64,000 nt of DNA from Ignisphaera sp. (GTDB lineage Archaea > Thermoproteota > Thermoprotei_A > Sulfolobales > Ignisphaeraceae), in NCBI GenBank assembly GCA_038889075.1, contig JAWAHS010000005.1:1-64000 (forward strand), read 5' to 3'. The notes beneath the pieces are model-generated. The model saw only the letters and a list, made by a program, of their open reading frames with translations, made no database searches and had not been told where the DNA came from. Below are positions 38,276 to 47,975 of the stretch, one piece after another. Made by a program: the position numbers and the translations under genes. Positions within the stretch are counted from its first letter, which is position 1. Each line of letters opens with the position of its first letter.

Positions 38276-39613
38276 CTATGGTAGAAATGGAGGATCGACA
38301 GATTCCACTAACTGGGGTTTGGGTTTCATGTTGGTTGATGTTGTTTGATCTCGACCCTTGGTTTCATTGTCCTCGGGGCACCTTTTCATCGGTGCCCATG
38401 TCATCGGTCTCCACCCGTTCAGGGTAACCCCTACCCACAGCTCCCCCTCATCTAGCTCGAGTTCACAGCTGTGGGGAAACCCCCACATCTTGATGTACTT
38501 GAGGTAGATGTTTATGGATGCGAGCTTCTGCCTATCCAGTTCGAGACCGCACCTCGGACACTTGAACACCCTGCCCACTCGGGTCTTCACCACACACCCG
38601 CATCGTGGGCAGGTTCGAGAGGTGTTGTGCGGAGAAACCTTAACCACTAGTGCTTTCTCCGAGAGTTTTCTGTGTATTGTTTCCCATGGTGTTCTAGCGT
38701 TTCTCTTTCTCCTCTCTTTATTAGTTCTCTCCCTGGCAACCATGTCCTCTTTCTCGAGGTTTTCGACGACGTGAATAGCGTTGGGGAGTAAGGTGGTTAT
38801 CTGATTAACGAGCTTGTTTATGAAGTCCTTCTCCCTGTTCCTCTCTCGTTTAGCGTACTTCTCGAACAGCTCTTTCTTACCAATGGATTGAGCAGTAGCT
38901 TTCTTCTTCTCGTAGACGGTCTTCAAGCTCTGAAGGTACCTCAAGTCAACCTTGATGAACCCCACACCTGGGGAGTAGCCGTCGATGGATAGCTCGTTCG
39001 AATCCCACGCAACAACTCTCTCAACACTGTAGACCTCGGTCTTCTTGAACGGAATAAGCACTCTATCGTCCTTGAGGATCACTTCACCAACCATACAGCC
39101 CTCTACCCTTCTGCTGAACCACTTCCCACTCCAGGAAACCTCTAGGTACTCACCCGACTTCAGAGTTATCCTCACCGCTTTCCTCTCGTAGTCGATCTTC
39201 ATGAGCGTTATCTTACATCTTGCGAACCTTCTCTTAATCCTCGGCTTAACCCTCCTAGCTTCTCCACTCAGGTACCTCTTCCTCCAGGACGCGATAATAG
39301 AGTACACTGTTCTGATGACAGCATCAATCCAATGATTAGCATAAGAACACTCGGTGAGCAAGGTGTTTCTAAGCATCTTCTTGAACTTCCTGTCAACAGG
39401 TATCCTTGGGACCTTAACCTTGCACCCTACTTTAACACTAATCACTCCTCTTCTTCTGGATAGTTGCGGGAATCTGTACCCCCATGCGATGTTCTCCCAT
39501 ACTATGTCAACTACTTTCTGAAGCATCTTAGTGTACCATGTTACCAGCTCTTCTACTCTCTCATCTCTTATTGGAATGCTGTACATCCTCACTACTTCAC
39601 GGGTCTTCAACAA
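38276..39613 (-). CDS. tnpB: TnpB RNA-guided endonuclease of the outer IS607
   Basis: RuvC-I VAWDSN, RuvC-II VVENL, TSRTCPRC...FKCPRC Zn finger, RuvC-III DRQKLASINI. Confidence 0.9.
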   Translation of the reverse strand: MLKTREVVRMYSIPIRDERVEELVTWYTKMLQKVVDIVWENIAWGYRFPQLSRRRGVISVKVGCKVKVPRIPVDRKFKKMLRNTLLTECSYANHWIDAVIRTVYSIIASWRKRYLSGEARRVKPRIKRRFARCKITLMKIDYERKAVRITLKSGEYLEVSWSGKWFSRRVEGCMVGEVILKDDRVLIPFKKTEVYSVERVVAWDSNELSIDGYSPGVGFIKVDLRYLQSLKTVYEKKKATAQSIGKKELFEKYAKRERNREKDFINKLVNQITTLLPNAIHVVENLEKEDMVARERTNKERRKRNARTPWETIHRKLSEKALVVKVSPHNTSRTCPRCGCVVKTRVGRVFKCPRCGLELDRQKLASINIYLKYIKMWGFPHSCELELDEGELWVGVTLNGWRPMTWAPMKRCPEDNETKGRDQTTSTNMKPKPQLVESVDPPFLP

Positions 39614-39799
39614 GTTTTCTCACACCTTCAACCACTTTCTCGTACTTATGACTCCTCATACCGTAGAGCTTTCCAGCGAAGTGAGATATGATGGTGATCA
39701 AATCCTCCACGAGCTCCTCCTTTGGGTCTTTATCCTCGTGGTTTAACACAACCACCTCTACTCCAAATGCTCTAAGGAGTTCTACCAGCGTTTTGAACC
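39597..39799 (-). pseudogene. tnpA: IS607 tnpA C-terminal half
   Basis: FKTLVELLRAFGVEVVVLN...EELVEDLITIISHFAGKLYGMRSHKYEKVVEGVRKLVEDP*. Confidence 0.9.
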
Positions 39800-39903
39800 G
39801 TTTCCCGCTCTAGGTCTTTGTAGGCTCTCCTAGGGCGGGTCATCACGGTTTCCCTGAGCCCCCTCCCCACGGTCTGCCATGGGTCTCGGAAACCCAGGGT
39901 CAC
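39800..39903 (-). ncRNA. putative omegaRNA scaffold transcribed divergently from the inner tnpB
   Basis: GC-rich non-coding segment with stems GGTTTCC/GGAAACC, GAG/CTC, CCCATGG/CCGTGGG and CCGC.CTAGG/CCTAG.GCGG, a GTGATGA K-turn-like box, and a GAAAC end at the element boundary. TATA-like sequence at 39911-39936. Expression not observed. Confidence 0.55.
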
Positions 39904-39955
39904 CAAAACCTTTTTAAGCACCTAGGGGTTTATAAGTCTTACGGGTTATACCCCT

Positions 39956-41086
39956 ATGGATTTAGATTACGTAACGATTAGTCTACCTTTCCATGCTACT
40001 GGAGATGTGGCGAAGAGCATTTACTGGACTGCGTGGCTGAGCAAAACGTGTGCTCACAGAGTGCTTGAGCGTGTCAAGGCGAATCCTCTGCTGGCTAAGC
40101 TGAGTGAGTACGACTTCATCAAGTTCACGAGAGAGCTGTGCTACAGCTTGCTACCGAACAGAAGGTACGTTGACGGAGTAGCAACACTCGTGTACTCGAG
40201 TCTTCAGAGTGCTAGGAAGCTGGGAGTTGATGTATCAAGAGTAGAGCTCAAGCCTTGGCTCTTGTTCCAGAGCGAGGGAGAACCATGGGCTAGAGGAAAC
40301 CTGAACATACAGTTCACGGACTGCAAGACGGTCAGAGTACTGGTTTTCAAAGCAAGCGGTGGAAGCACAAGAGTAGTCGTTAAACCGGTTGTCCCTAAGG
40401 GGTACAGTAGACTCGTCGAAGAGCTCGTTAATAGAGCCATGAGAAAAGAGGTTGGTTACCCAGCCAGACTGTACATCAGGAGCTGTAGTGGAGACCTGGA
40501 GCACCTCTACGGCGAGCTACAGGTCAACGTTAAGTACAGCCTCTACCTGGAGGTCATGAGGAGATTTGATAAACCATTGGGAAACAACGTTGCAGGTGTA
40601 GACGTTAACACAGATAGATTGAACCTGGTGGTGGTGAACAAGAATGGTGAAATCGTGTGGACACATACAGCCAGGTTTCCTCAAGTGCTGACCAGAGGCT
40701 TCCCAAAGAGAAGAGCCTGGAGCATTGTTGGAGAGAAGATACACGAGGTTCTAAAGCACGCTTACTACCACGGTGCTTCAGCTGTTGCTCTCGAAAACCC
40801 AGACGTGATCGGCTACCTCAGGTACTACTGGGTTAGAAACGGTGAAAGAGGAAGCAGAAACTACAACTACAAGGTAGCCGTGTTCAGAAGCTCGATCATT
40901 GAGAGAATAGCGTGGAAAGCACCGCTCTACGGGTTGAAAACGGTGTACGTAGACCCCAGGGGAACAACCAGTTCACGAGAACACGCGGAAACAATGAAGA
41001 AACTGAGACTCGATAAACACCCCGCTAGTGCATACCTAATCGCGACAAGAGCTCTAGGCATCCTAGAGAGACCTACAAAAACCTAG
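39956..41086 (+). CDS. tnpB: TnpB-like nuclease lacking the C-terminal Zn finger
   Basis: RuvC-I AGVDVN, RuvC-II VALEN, VYVDPRGTTSS, RuvC-III LDKH..SAYLIA; no CxxC pairs between. Confidence 0.82.
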   Translation: MDLDYVTISLPFHATGDVAKSIYWTAWLSKTCAHRVLERVKANPLLAKLSEYDFIKFTRELCYSLLPNRRYVDGVATLVYSSLQSARKLGVDVSRVELKPWLLFQSEGEPWARGNLNIQFTDCKTVRVLVFKASGGSTRVVVKPVVPKGYSRLVEELVNRAMRKEVGYPARLYIRSCSGDLEHLYGELQVNVKYSLYLEVMRRFDKPLGNNVAGVDVNTDRLNLVVVNKNGEIVWTHTARFPQVLTRGFPKRRAWSIVGEKIHEVLKHAYYHGASAVALENPDVIGYLRYYWVRNGERGSRNYNYKVAVFRSSIIERIAWKAPLYGLKTVYVDPRGTTSSREHAETMKKLRLDKHPASAYLIATRALGILERPTKT

Positions 41087-41108
41087 CACACAAAAACAGT
41101 TGCCAACC

Positions 41109-41508
41109 CGAACCTGGTGAGTCTATCTGGGTACGCTACTACGATCTTGGATATCTTCTTCTCGGTTGCAAGTCTCAGTATTCTCTTGAATCCTTTTCTA
41201 TCCTCGTTGAGACCACTACCGATGTCCGTGACGACCTCGTACTTCTCTATGTTGTTCTGCTTAGCCCACTCCTCGAGAACCCTCACCTGTCTCTCGAGAT
41301 CGTCCCTCTGCGTATGAGAGGAGGTACGAGCGTAGAGGATAACGGTCTTCGGTTTAACGATACCCATCAGCTTCTCAACGTCTTCCTCTCTGAACCTCCA
41401 CTTACCACTCTCGAGAACAACTGGTTTAATCCAACCTCTCCTAACGTACTCTCTCAGAGTAGTGTAGCTGATACCAAGCTTCTCACAAACCTCCTTTGGT
41501 CGAAGCAT
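41109..41508 (-). pseudogene. tnpA: IS607 tnpA N-terminal half (MerR-type HTH + serine recombinase)
   Basis: GGAGGTG RBS then MLRPKEVCEKLGIS, LYARTSS, DIGSGLN, YPDRLTRFG, interrupted by the inner element. Confidence 0.92.
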
Positions 41509-41713
41509 TAACACCTCCAATAATAAAATGATATCAACCCTTGTAAACCTATATGAAACCCGAAACAGTTGCGTGAGGCTGGATATATCTAAGGGATCGA
41601 TGATAGTATCTTCAAAGACCTTGTTACGGAATTCATCCAAGGGTATTGTTAACCACCAAACTCCTGGGTTAGGGTATTTCCATCTAAAATTTGCAAAGAT
41701 TCTGCACATTCAA

Positions 41714-42733
41714 TTATTGAGATGCTATGGGATTGCTCCAAGCTTTACCTCCTTGGAAATCCATAACCTCTACCCGCAGGTATCTACCCCATTTAAATCT
41801 ATCTACAGTAAGCAGGTCTATTCCATTACTATCCATAACCGCACTAATCCGGGTTTGGTTCTTGGTAAATACAACTATTGTTCGATTACCCTCTCTAACA
41901 ATATCGATTTCATCAACAACACTCTTGATTTTCTCGACATCACCTATGTTGTTTATTAACCAATCAACATCATCCGAACCTATTGAAAAGCCCTTTCCAT
42001 TTTCAGAAATCAGTGTTATTCTCCTAGCGCTGCATGTAGCTACCTCAATATAGTTACCATCTACCATGAGCTTCTTTATTACAGCTCCTGTACTGGAATA
42101 GAATCCGCCACTTCTTATAGCTTTAAATACCTCATCTGTATTTAGCTCCCTAAGCAGTAGCACAGTCCATCCACCATCGGCATCAATTGGTGGAAATACA
42201 TATCTATGTGAATCATCAACAGCTACTCCCCATACCCTGTAACCAGATGATAATAATGAATCCCAGGATGAAAGGGCGAATCCCTTAGATACCTCTACTT
42301 CACAACCATAGTTAAAGATCTCCATAGCCGCATAACCTTGAATGGATATCAGATCCTGGTACACCAAGCCACTCCAGTGAGGATGGGCCAAGATAGCTAT
42401 ACCGCCACTTCTATTAACGAAATCCATAAGCTCCTGTAGATCACCGATTCTCGCGATACTGTCATCCCCTACCCCTAGTACAACAAGGTGGTAGGGCTCC
42501 TCCAATGCACTACGACCCTTAGAGATTTCCATACCTTGAATAACTAGTGGGTCATCAAAATCTTTCACCTCAATGCGTGTAATTTTATTATGATCTGTTA
42601 AAGCTACAACACCGTATCCGTGGTTTTTATAGAAGTCAACTACATCCTTTGGTGCAAGTTTACCATCAGAGCTTGTCGAGTGTGTATGTAGAGCTGCTTT
42701 AACATGTAGATCCCTATCACTAATATGGAGCAC
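41714..42733 (-). CDS. PHP-domain metallohydrolase (CehA/McbA-like)
   Basis: LHTHSTSSDG, ALTDH, GMEIS, AHP, EIFN, DDSH, C-terminal AWSNPI. Confidence 0.88.
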   Translation of the reverse strand: MLHISDRDLHVKAALHTHSTSSDGKLAPKDVVDFYKNHGYGVVALTDHNKITRIEVKDFDDPLVIQGMEISKGRSALEEPYHLVVLGVGDDSIARIGDLQELMDFVNRSGGIAILAHPHWSGLVYQDLISIQGYAAMEIFNYGCEVEVSKGFALSSWDSLLSSGYRVWGVAVDDSHRYVFPPIDADGGWTVLLLRELNTDEVFKAIRSGGFYSSTGAVIKKLMVDGNYIEVATCSARRITLISENGKGFSIGSDDVDWLINNIGDVEKIKSVVDEIDIVREGNRTIVVFTKNQTRISAVMDSNGIDLLTVDRFKWGRYLRVEVMDFQGGKAWSNPIASQ

Positions 42734-43123
42734 GATACCACACCACTACACCTTACTTATATAATCCAACAATAAAAATCCATATAATAGTGGATACCGG
42801 ATATCTATTGAGATATGCATATGTTCCGTACGATCAACCATCCCTATACTTTTCAATCTAACTTTCAATTTAACTTGGAAACCTTATCCATACCTAGTAA
42901 AAGATATCCCCCTTGTAATAATCTAAAGCTTACAAAGTTTATACCGTAGTCTTTCCATGGGTTTTGGATAAACCAATACGTTTGTTTACGATAGTGTACA
43001 GCTAAGAATTTGCAAATCTTTGAAAAGTTGGGTAAAAATTATCGTGTGTAGTAAGTATAGCTCTAAAGGATCCCAACATTTAATATATCAATCGCGCCTA
43101 CTTTATCAATTAAATAACCATTG

Positions 43124-44143
43124 TCATCCTTCTTTACTTCTACCAAGCTTACTATACAGCTCTTTCTCTACCTTAGCTAACTTGGATTCGAGCAGATGTC
43201 TGTGTACTTTTTTAAGTACTGGATATCCGAGCATCTGTTCCAATGTAAATTCTTTAGCAAACTCACCACTTAGAATTTCCCTTGCAGCTAATCTGATTTT
43301 TTCTCTAAGATCCTCTGTAAGGTACCGCTGTAATCTAGTAAGATGTCCATACTGGCTTGTTCTCGAATGCAATTTTAGCTGTTCGAATAACCCTAGCTCA
43401 GACATATGTTTTGCAACCTCTGCTAACTCTCCAGAAGCATAGAGTTCGAGTATTGCAGCTTCTGGAGATACACCGAATTCCTCAGTTACAACCTCAAAGT
43501 ATGCCATAAATGCAGCTATTAGAAGTGGAGACCATGTCTGCTCTGTTAAAAGATCTACTAGAGTCTCTTCATCAAAACTCGATTTTACAGCCACCCCACC
43601 TGGTCTTCCGATGGCTCCAATACCCTTTGCAATAGCTTTTGCATATTCCCAAGCCCTTCCCGAAGCATCTCTAGCTACACCTAGCAACACAGGGTATCCT
43701 CTGCCCTGTTTATGGAGATCTAGAATTCCTGCACCAATCATCCTAGGAGCAACCATTATTGTATCTGTATTAGATGGCGGTTCTATAAAACCATAGGCTA
43801 CGTTGTATCCGCTTGCAAAAACCAGTAGATAGAAAGATTTGTCCCTTGCATAGGGTTCTATCCTCTCGTAGAACACCTTGGGAGCAATCTCATCGGGCAG
43901 TAGAACGGCTATTATATCAGCTCTCTTAGTAGCTTCTTCAATAGAGTACGTTTCGAATCCAGCTTGTATAGCAGCATCGAAAGCAGCATCTCTAATATTT
44001 CCAACTATAACATGTACACCGCTATCCCTTAAGATGGTGGCCCAGGCTCTACCCTGGTTACCGAAACCTATGATAGCAAAAGTTCTGTCTTTAATTAAAT
44101 TCAGATCTCCATCAAAGTACAGCTCTGCCACAGAAATCGCCAT
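43124..44143 (-). CDS. ilvC: ketol-acid reductoisomerase-like protein (class I KARI)
   Basis: IIGFGNQGRA...LRDSG, LLPDE, FASGY, MVAPRMIG, EET..DL..EQ, HSRTSQYG, I.SGEFAKE. Confidence 0.82.
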   Translation of the reverse strand: MAISVAELYFDGDLNLIKDRTFAIIGFGNQGRAWATILRDSGVHVIVGNIRDAAFDAAIQAGFETYSIEEATKRADIIAVLLPDEIAPKVFYERIEPYARDKSFYLLVFASGYNVAYGFIEPPSNTDTIMVAPRMIGAGILDLHKQGRGYPVLLGVARDASGRAWEYAKAIAKGIGAIGRPGGVAVKSSFDEETLVDLLTEQTWSPLLIAAFMAYFEVVTEEFGVSPEAAILELYASGELAEVAKHMSELGLFEQLKLHSRTSQYGHLTRLQRYLTEDLREKIRLAAREILSGEFAKEFTLEQMLGYPVLKKVHRHLLESKLAKVEKELYSKLGRSKEG

Positions 44144-44344
44144 AGATATTTGTATCCGAATATACTTAAATACCTATAGGAATCCATAGCCCTACCAACC
44201 CAGCCTTTCCCTCAACTAAATATTATAACACGCACTCTTACTATTCTATGATAGGAATTACTTAGCATCTAGTACATACTTCTCCTGGAAAACTGCTATG
44301 CTTTTACAGCTATTCAAAAATTTTAGAGAATACCCAATTTCTAT

Positions 44345-45844
44345 TCAGAGAACATGTGTATTTAAAGCTCTCCGAAATCTTAAGTACTTTTCATACACCT
44401 TCGGAAGGCTGGCTTGTAGATGTTCATCTGGTTCTACAGTTTGATCCAACACAATGAAATTGTTGATAGCTTCTTCAAATGATCTGTGCATTCCAATACC
44501 AACTGTTGATAGAATTGCTGCACCTATAGAAGCATCGTGGTACTTCACAGTCTCGACTCTCGCATTTAGAAGCGATGCTATCATCCTCCTTATCAATGTG
44601 CTTTTCGAACCTCCACCTACTAGTCTTATCCTATCTATGGCTAGCCCAAGTTTTTGGGAAACGATATCAACAGTTTCCCTAGTGGCACATGCAAGCCCTT
44701 GGAGAAGAGCTAGCATAAGGTGGATCTTGGTATGCATACTTCCAATTCCAGCAAAAACGCCAAGGAAACTCGCTGGATCTTCAAAAAGCTTTATGTTTGG
44801 AATGAATACGAGTTCCTCCATTTCATTCTCTACTCTCTCAATGTCTGTTAAAAGCATGTTCTCTATATATGCATAGGGGTCGAGCCCCTTAGATTCAGCA
44901 TACTCTAGTTCTCTATTGTAGAATGTTTTTAAAAACCATCTATGTGGTATACCAAAGGGAAACATCCTTTGAATGACCCATCGACCTGGTTCTACGTGAG
45001 CAAATATGTAGTACCTTTTTCCATCGGGAATGTACCTGTCTAGAATTAGTGAAAATACTCCTGCAGTGCCTAATCTAATTAGACTATCAGATTCCCTTGA
45101 AAGTCCAGCTGCAAGCACATCTGCAACACCATCTGCACAACCTATGGTAACCGGTATACCCTCCGGTAACCCGGTTTGTTTAGCAATGTTTTCTGTAGTA
45201 TAGCCTATAATCTTATACGAGGTGACTATCTCTGGAAGCTTCCTCAACTCTATACCAAATACCCTCTCCACGTAATCCGCCCATCCAAAGGTTTTACTGT
45301 TAAACATCATGGTTACAGAGGCATCGGAAGGATCTGTCGCTACAGTATTTGTTAACCACATTCTTACGTAATCCTTTGGCTGAAGTACATATCGGGTACT
45401 ACTCCATACCTCAGATTCGTTTTCTTTAATCCAAAGAAGTTTAACTAATGTAATGAGGGGTGTTACGGGAAGTGTAGGGGTAATACCCTCTACATCTAGA
45501 GATCTAAGAATTAGAGGTATGTACTCCACCCCTCTTCCATCCATCCACAGTATACATGGTCTTAGGGGCTTCATTTTCTCATCTATGAGAATAGGGCTGT
45601 TGGATATACCATCTAGCCCTATACCCTCTACACGATTAGCGGGAACCTTTTTAAGAATATCATGGATGACCGTTGTAAAGGCATCTACAAATGTATTTGG
45701 ATCCAGCTCAAACCATCCAGGTCTAGGAGATGTAGGGCTATACATTGCCTGGGATTGGGTAAGCATCCTACCCTCAGAATCTATGGCAATAGCCTTACAT
45801 GCAGAAGTTCCGATATCTACACCAATAACAACATCCTGGTGCAA
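44345..45844 (-). CDS. FGGY-family carbohydrate kinase (xylulokinase-like)
   Basis: GVDIGTSACK, ILWMD.R, KLLWIKENE, PKDY, TDPSDAS, GCADG, GGGSKS, ASIGAA. Confidence 0.9.
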   Translation of the reverse strand: MHQDVVIGVDIGTSACKAIAIDSEGRMLTQSQAMYSPTSPRPGWFELDPNTFVDAFTTVIHDILKKVPANRVEGIGLDGISNSPILIDEKMKPLRPCILWMDGRGVEYIPLILRSLDVEGITPTLPVTPLITLVKLLWIKENESEVWSSTRYVLQPKDYVRMWLTNTVATDPSDASVTMMFNSKTFGWADYVERVFGIELRKLPEIVTSYKIIGYTTENIAKQTGLPEGIPVTIGCADGVADVLAAGLSRESDSLIRLGTAGVFSLILDRYIPDGKRYYIFAHVEPGRWVIQRMFPFGIPHRWFLKTFYNRELEYAESKGLDPYAYIENMLLTDIERVENEMEELVFIPNIKLFEDPASFLGVFAGIGSMHTKIHLMLALLQGLACATRETVDIVSQKLGLAIDRIRLVGGGSKSTLIRRMIASLLNARVETVKYHDASIGAAILSTVGIGMHRSFEEAINNFIVLDQTVEPDEHLQASLPKVYEKYLRFRRALNTHVL

Positions 45845-46472
45845 AATTGTCCACCTCTATTACAGTCTTTACAGTATAGGTATACTTATCACCTCCATTT
45901 ATTTACATCTCAAATGTTTTGCATCTCCAGATGTGCTATCGGATGTAAAATTGGTGCGTGAAAAGGTGATCTAACTACCTAATTCAAAACTACATCAATC
46001 ACATACCGTGTACAACCTTATATGCATCCAATAAACTGGTAAGAGAAACCCACTCCCTAAGAGCTGTTATTATAATTCTACAATCTACCATTAATATTGG
46101 AGGTATCGTTGAGAATTATTTGAAGTAAGCTACCCGGAGTTGAGGAACAGTGAAAATTGTAGAGGAAACACTCATCAAATTGAGGTATAAGTCTTGTTTA
46201 TTAGAAGAACAGTTCAAGCGCTACTCATGAAGTAGTGTACCATCTATGCCAAGTCTTATTGGCTAGGATATTTATAGTCGAATCCGATGTGCTAGCGAAC
46301 AGACACACGAACATCGTTGTTACATCGATAAGCAATTGATATAAATGATACAGTGGTTTAACCAAATGCAGAGAAAGCTGTACTTGGATGCAAGGTAATT
46401 CCGAAAGTATGCATATTTTTCATAGAATGCAATTCTAACTATTATTTAGGAAACAGCTCTACTACACTTTAT

Positions 46473-47756
46473 TTATCTCGGCTGTTCTGTATCGTTGTAG
46501 TGTTCTATCAGTAGTTTTAATGCATATCGTATTATCTCTGTGTGGTTTAAGCCTAGCGTTTTTGATGTTTTGCCTAGGAGTATCGCCAGTTCTTTGGGTA
46601 TCTCTATAGCTATACTGTTCTCTTCTCCATAGCTAGTGAAGGTTGCTATCTCATTAGCTACATCTTTAAGTTTCTCGATGTCAAAGCCTATACCATCGAA
46701 TATTTCAATGCTGTTATCCTCTAAGTATCCTCTGATCTCTCCAGGTATACTGCTCTTCGATACGAGTATCATTCTATCCGGTCTATAGGTTGCTCTATAT
46801 AGCATTACAAGTTGATACTCCTTTACTCTAAATGAGGGTTCTCTAGCTCTAACAGATCTGGATTCCTCAATAGCTTCAACAATGTGATGAAGATCTGCTA
46901 TCCTAATTAGCTCCTCTCTTAGTCTTTGCCACCATCTAAGTCTCCACTCCTCAGCTGTAAACGATTTTTTGAAGTAGCCTTTCAAATCCCTTACCCTAAG
47001 ATACCAGTCATCGAGTTCCTTAAACTCCACTACGATATTTGGTCTTTTTATTGGTGGTGATGAACCTAGATCCACAATATCAAGAACCCTCCCACCATAT
47101 ACCATTAGATCAGGTCTCAAAGCTGTATAGAAGCTCCACACCTTTTGAAGATCCGATGTATCCTCCCAGCTTAGAGGTCTCGGAGCTTCGTAGAAGAAAC
47201 TCAGATACCCTCTCTCAAGGTTTAGTAGAACAACATTTGGTGGGATAACTCCTAGCCTTTGCTTGCCACTTCTATCAAAGCTTACAAATCTATGCTCTGG
47301 ATATACTAGGTGATACCCCATGTTGCTTAAGTGGAGGAGTGTTCCTGCAAATCCCCATAGCTGGTAGCAACTTCTAGCATTAGTTCTCAGAGACGTCGTT
47401 AGGGCAGCTAGAGACTTCTTTAAAAGATCCTCATAACCCAGTCTACCGCTTAGATAATCATTAACATAATTGAAGAGCTTCTTCTTCATATGGTCTAAAG
47501 GGCTTGCCGTGAACGAGGCAAGCTCCTTAGGTAGTGTAAAGCCCTTAATGCCAAACCTCTCCTGTAGAGAATCCAGAACCTCCTTAACATAATCAAGCCA
47601 CCTAGAGATCTCGCTAACATTATTGCCAACGAGGTGGAGAACAAGTTTTCTCTTAGCCTCATCAAGGAGTCTAATACCATCAACATCTAGATGCCCACCG
47701 GAAGAGATAAAACAGTTCTTCACATATTCAAAGAGACTCTGGATATCACCAGACAT
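46473..47756 (-). CDS. hypothetical protein with PD-(D/E)XK-like motif
   Basis: 427-aa ORF; LRPDLMV...IVVEFKE...YQLVMLY; RHH-like tail. Confidence 0.7.
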   Translation of the reverse strand: MSGDIQSLFEYVKNCFISSGGHLDVDGIRLLDEAKRKLVLHLVGNNVSEISRWLDYVKEVLDSLQERFGIKGFTLPKELASFTASPLDHMKKKLFNYVNDYLSGRLGYEDLLKKSLAALTTSLRTNARSCYQLWGFAGTLLHLSNMGYHLVYPEHRFVSFDRSGKQRLGVIPPNVVLLNLERGYLSFFYEAPRPLSWEDTSDLQKVWSFYTALRPDLMVYGGRVLDIVDLGSSPPIKRPNIVVEFKELDDWYLRVRDLKGYFKKSFTAEEWRLRWWQRLREELIRIADLHHIVEAIEESRSVRAREPSFRVKEYQLVMLYRATYRPDRMILVSKSSIPGEIRGYLEDNSIEIFDGIGFDIEKLKDVANEIATFTSYGEENSIAIEIPKELAILLGKTSKTLGLNHTEIIRYALKLLIEHYNDTEQPR

Positions 47757-47975
47757 TGTGCAACACCTATGCTATATCACAGATGCTGTTATCCCACAAA
47801 AAATCTTACTACACCTAGCTATTCTCTGATACACTATCCTATGAAGAGAATTGGAAACCTCCGCACCTTTGAATCATCTAATTACATACACTCCACAGGT
47901 TAGCAATATCTGGCTATGAAATATTACACTAAAAATACCGGGTATCTATATCATGTTTAAATAGAACTGAGGTTA

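Larger units (their letters stand above)
39800..41108. mobile_element. non-autonomous IS607-like tnpB-only element inserted in tnpA
   Basis: Removing 39800-41108 restores an in-frame 603-nt tnpA (RLTRFG|FKTL). AACC at both junctions (39796-39799, 41105-41108). ~25-bp imperfect subterminal inverted repeats at 39810-39834 and 41062-41086. Confidence 0.88.
38312..41582 (-). mobile_element. IS607-family element (tnpA serine recombinase + tnpB) carrying a nested insertion
   Basis: tnpA-tnpB on the minus strand; atgaaaccc/atcaacc motifs in inverted orientation at both ends; CTGG at both putative junctions (38312-38315, 41579-41582); ends approximate. Confidence 0.8.

Noticed and set aside
41083-41709. 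208-aa ORF as an intact transposase
   Set aside because: The N-terminal 67 codons lie upstream of the RBS-supported ATG at 41508, and the last residues come from the inserted element
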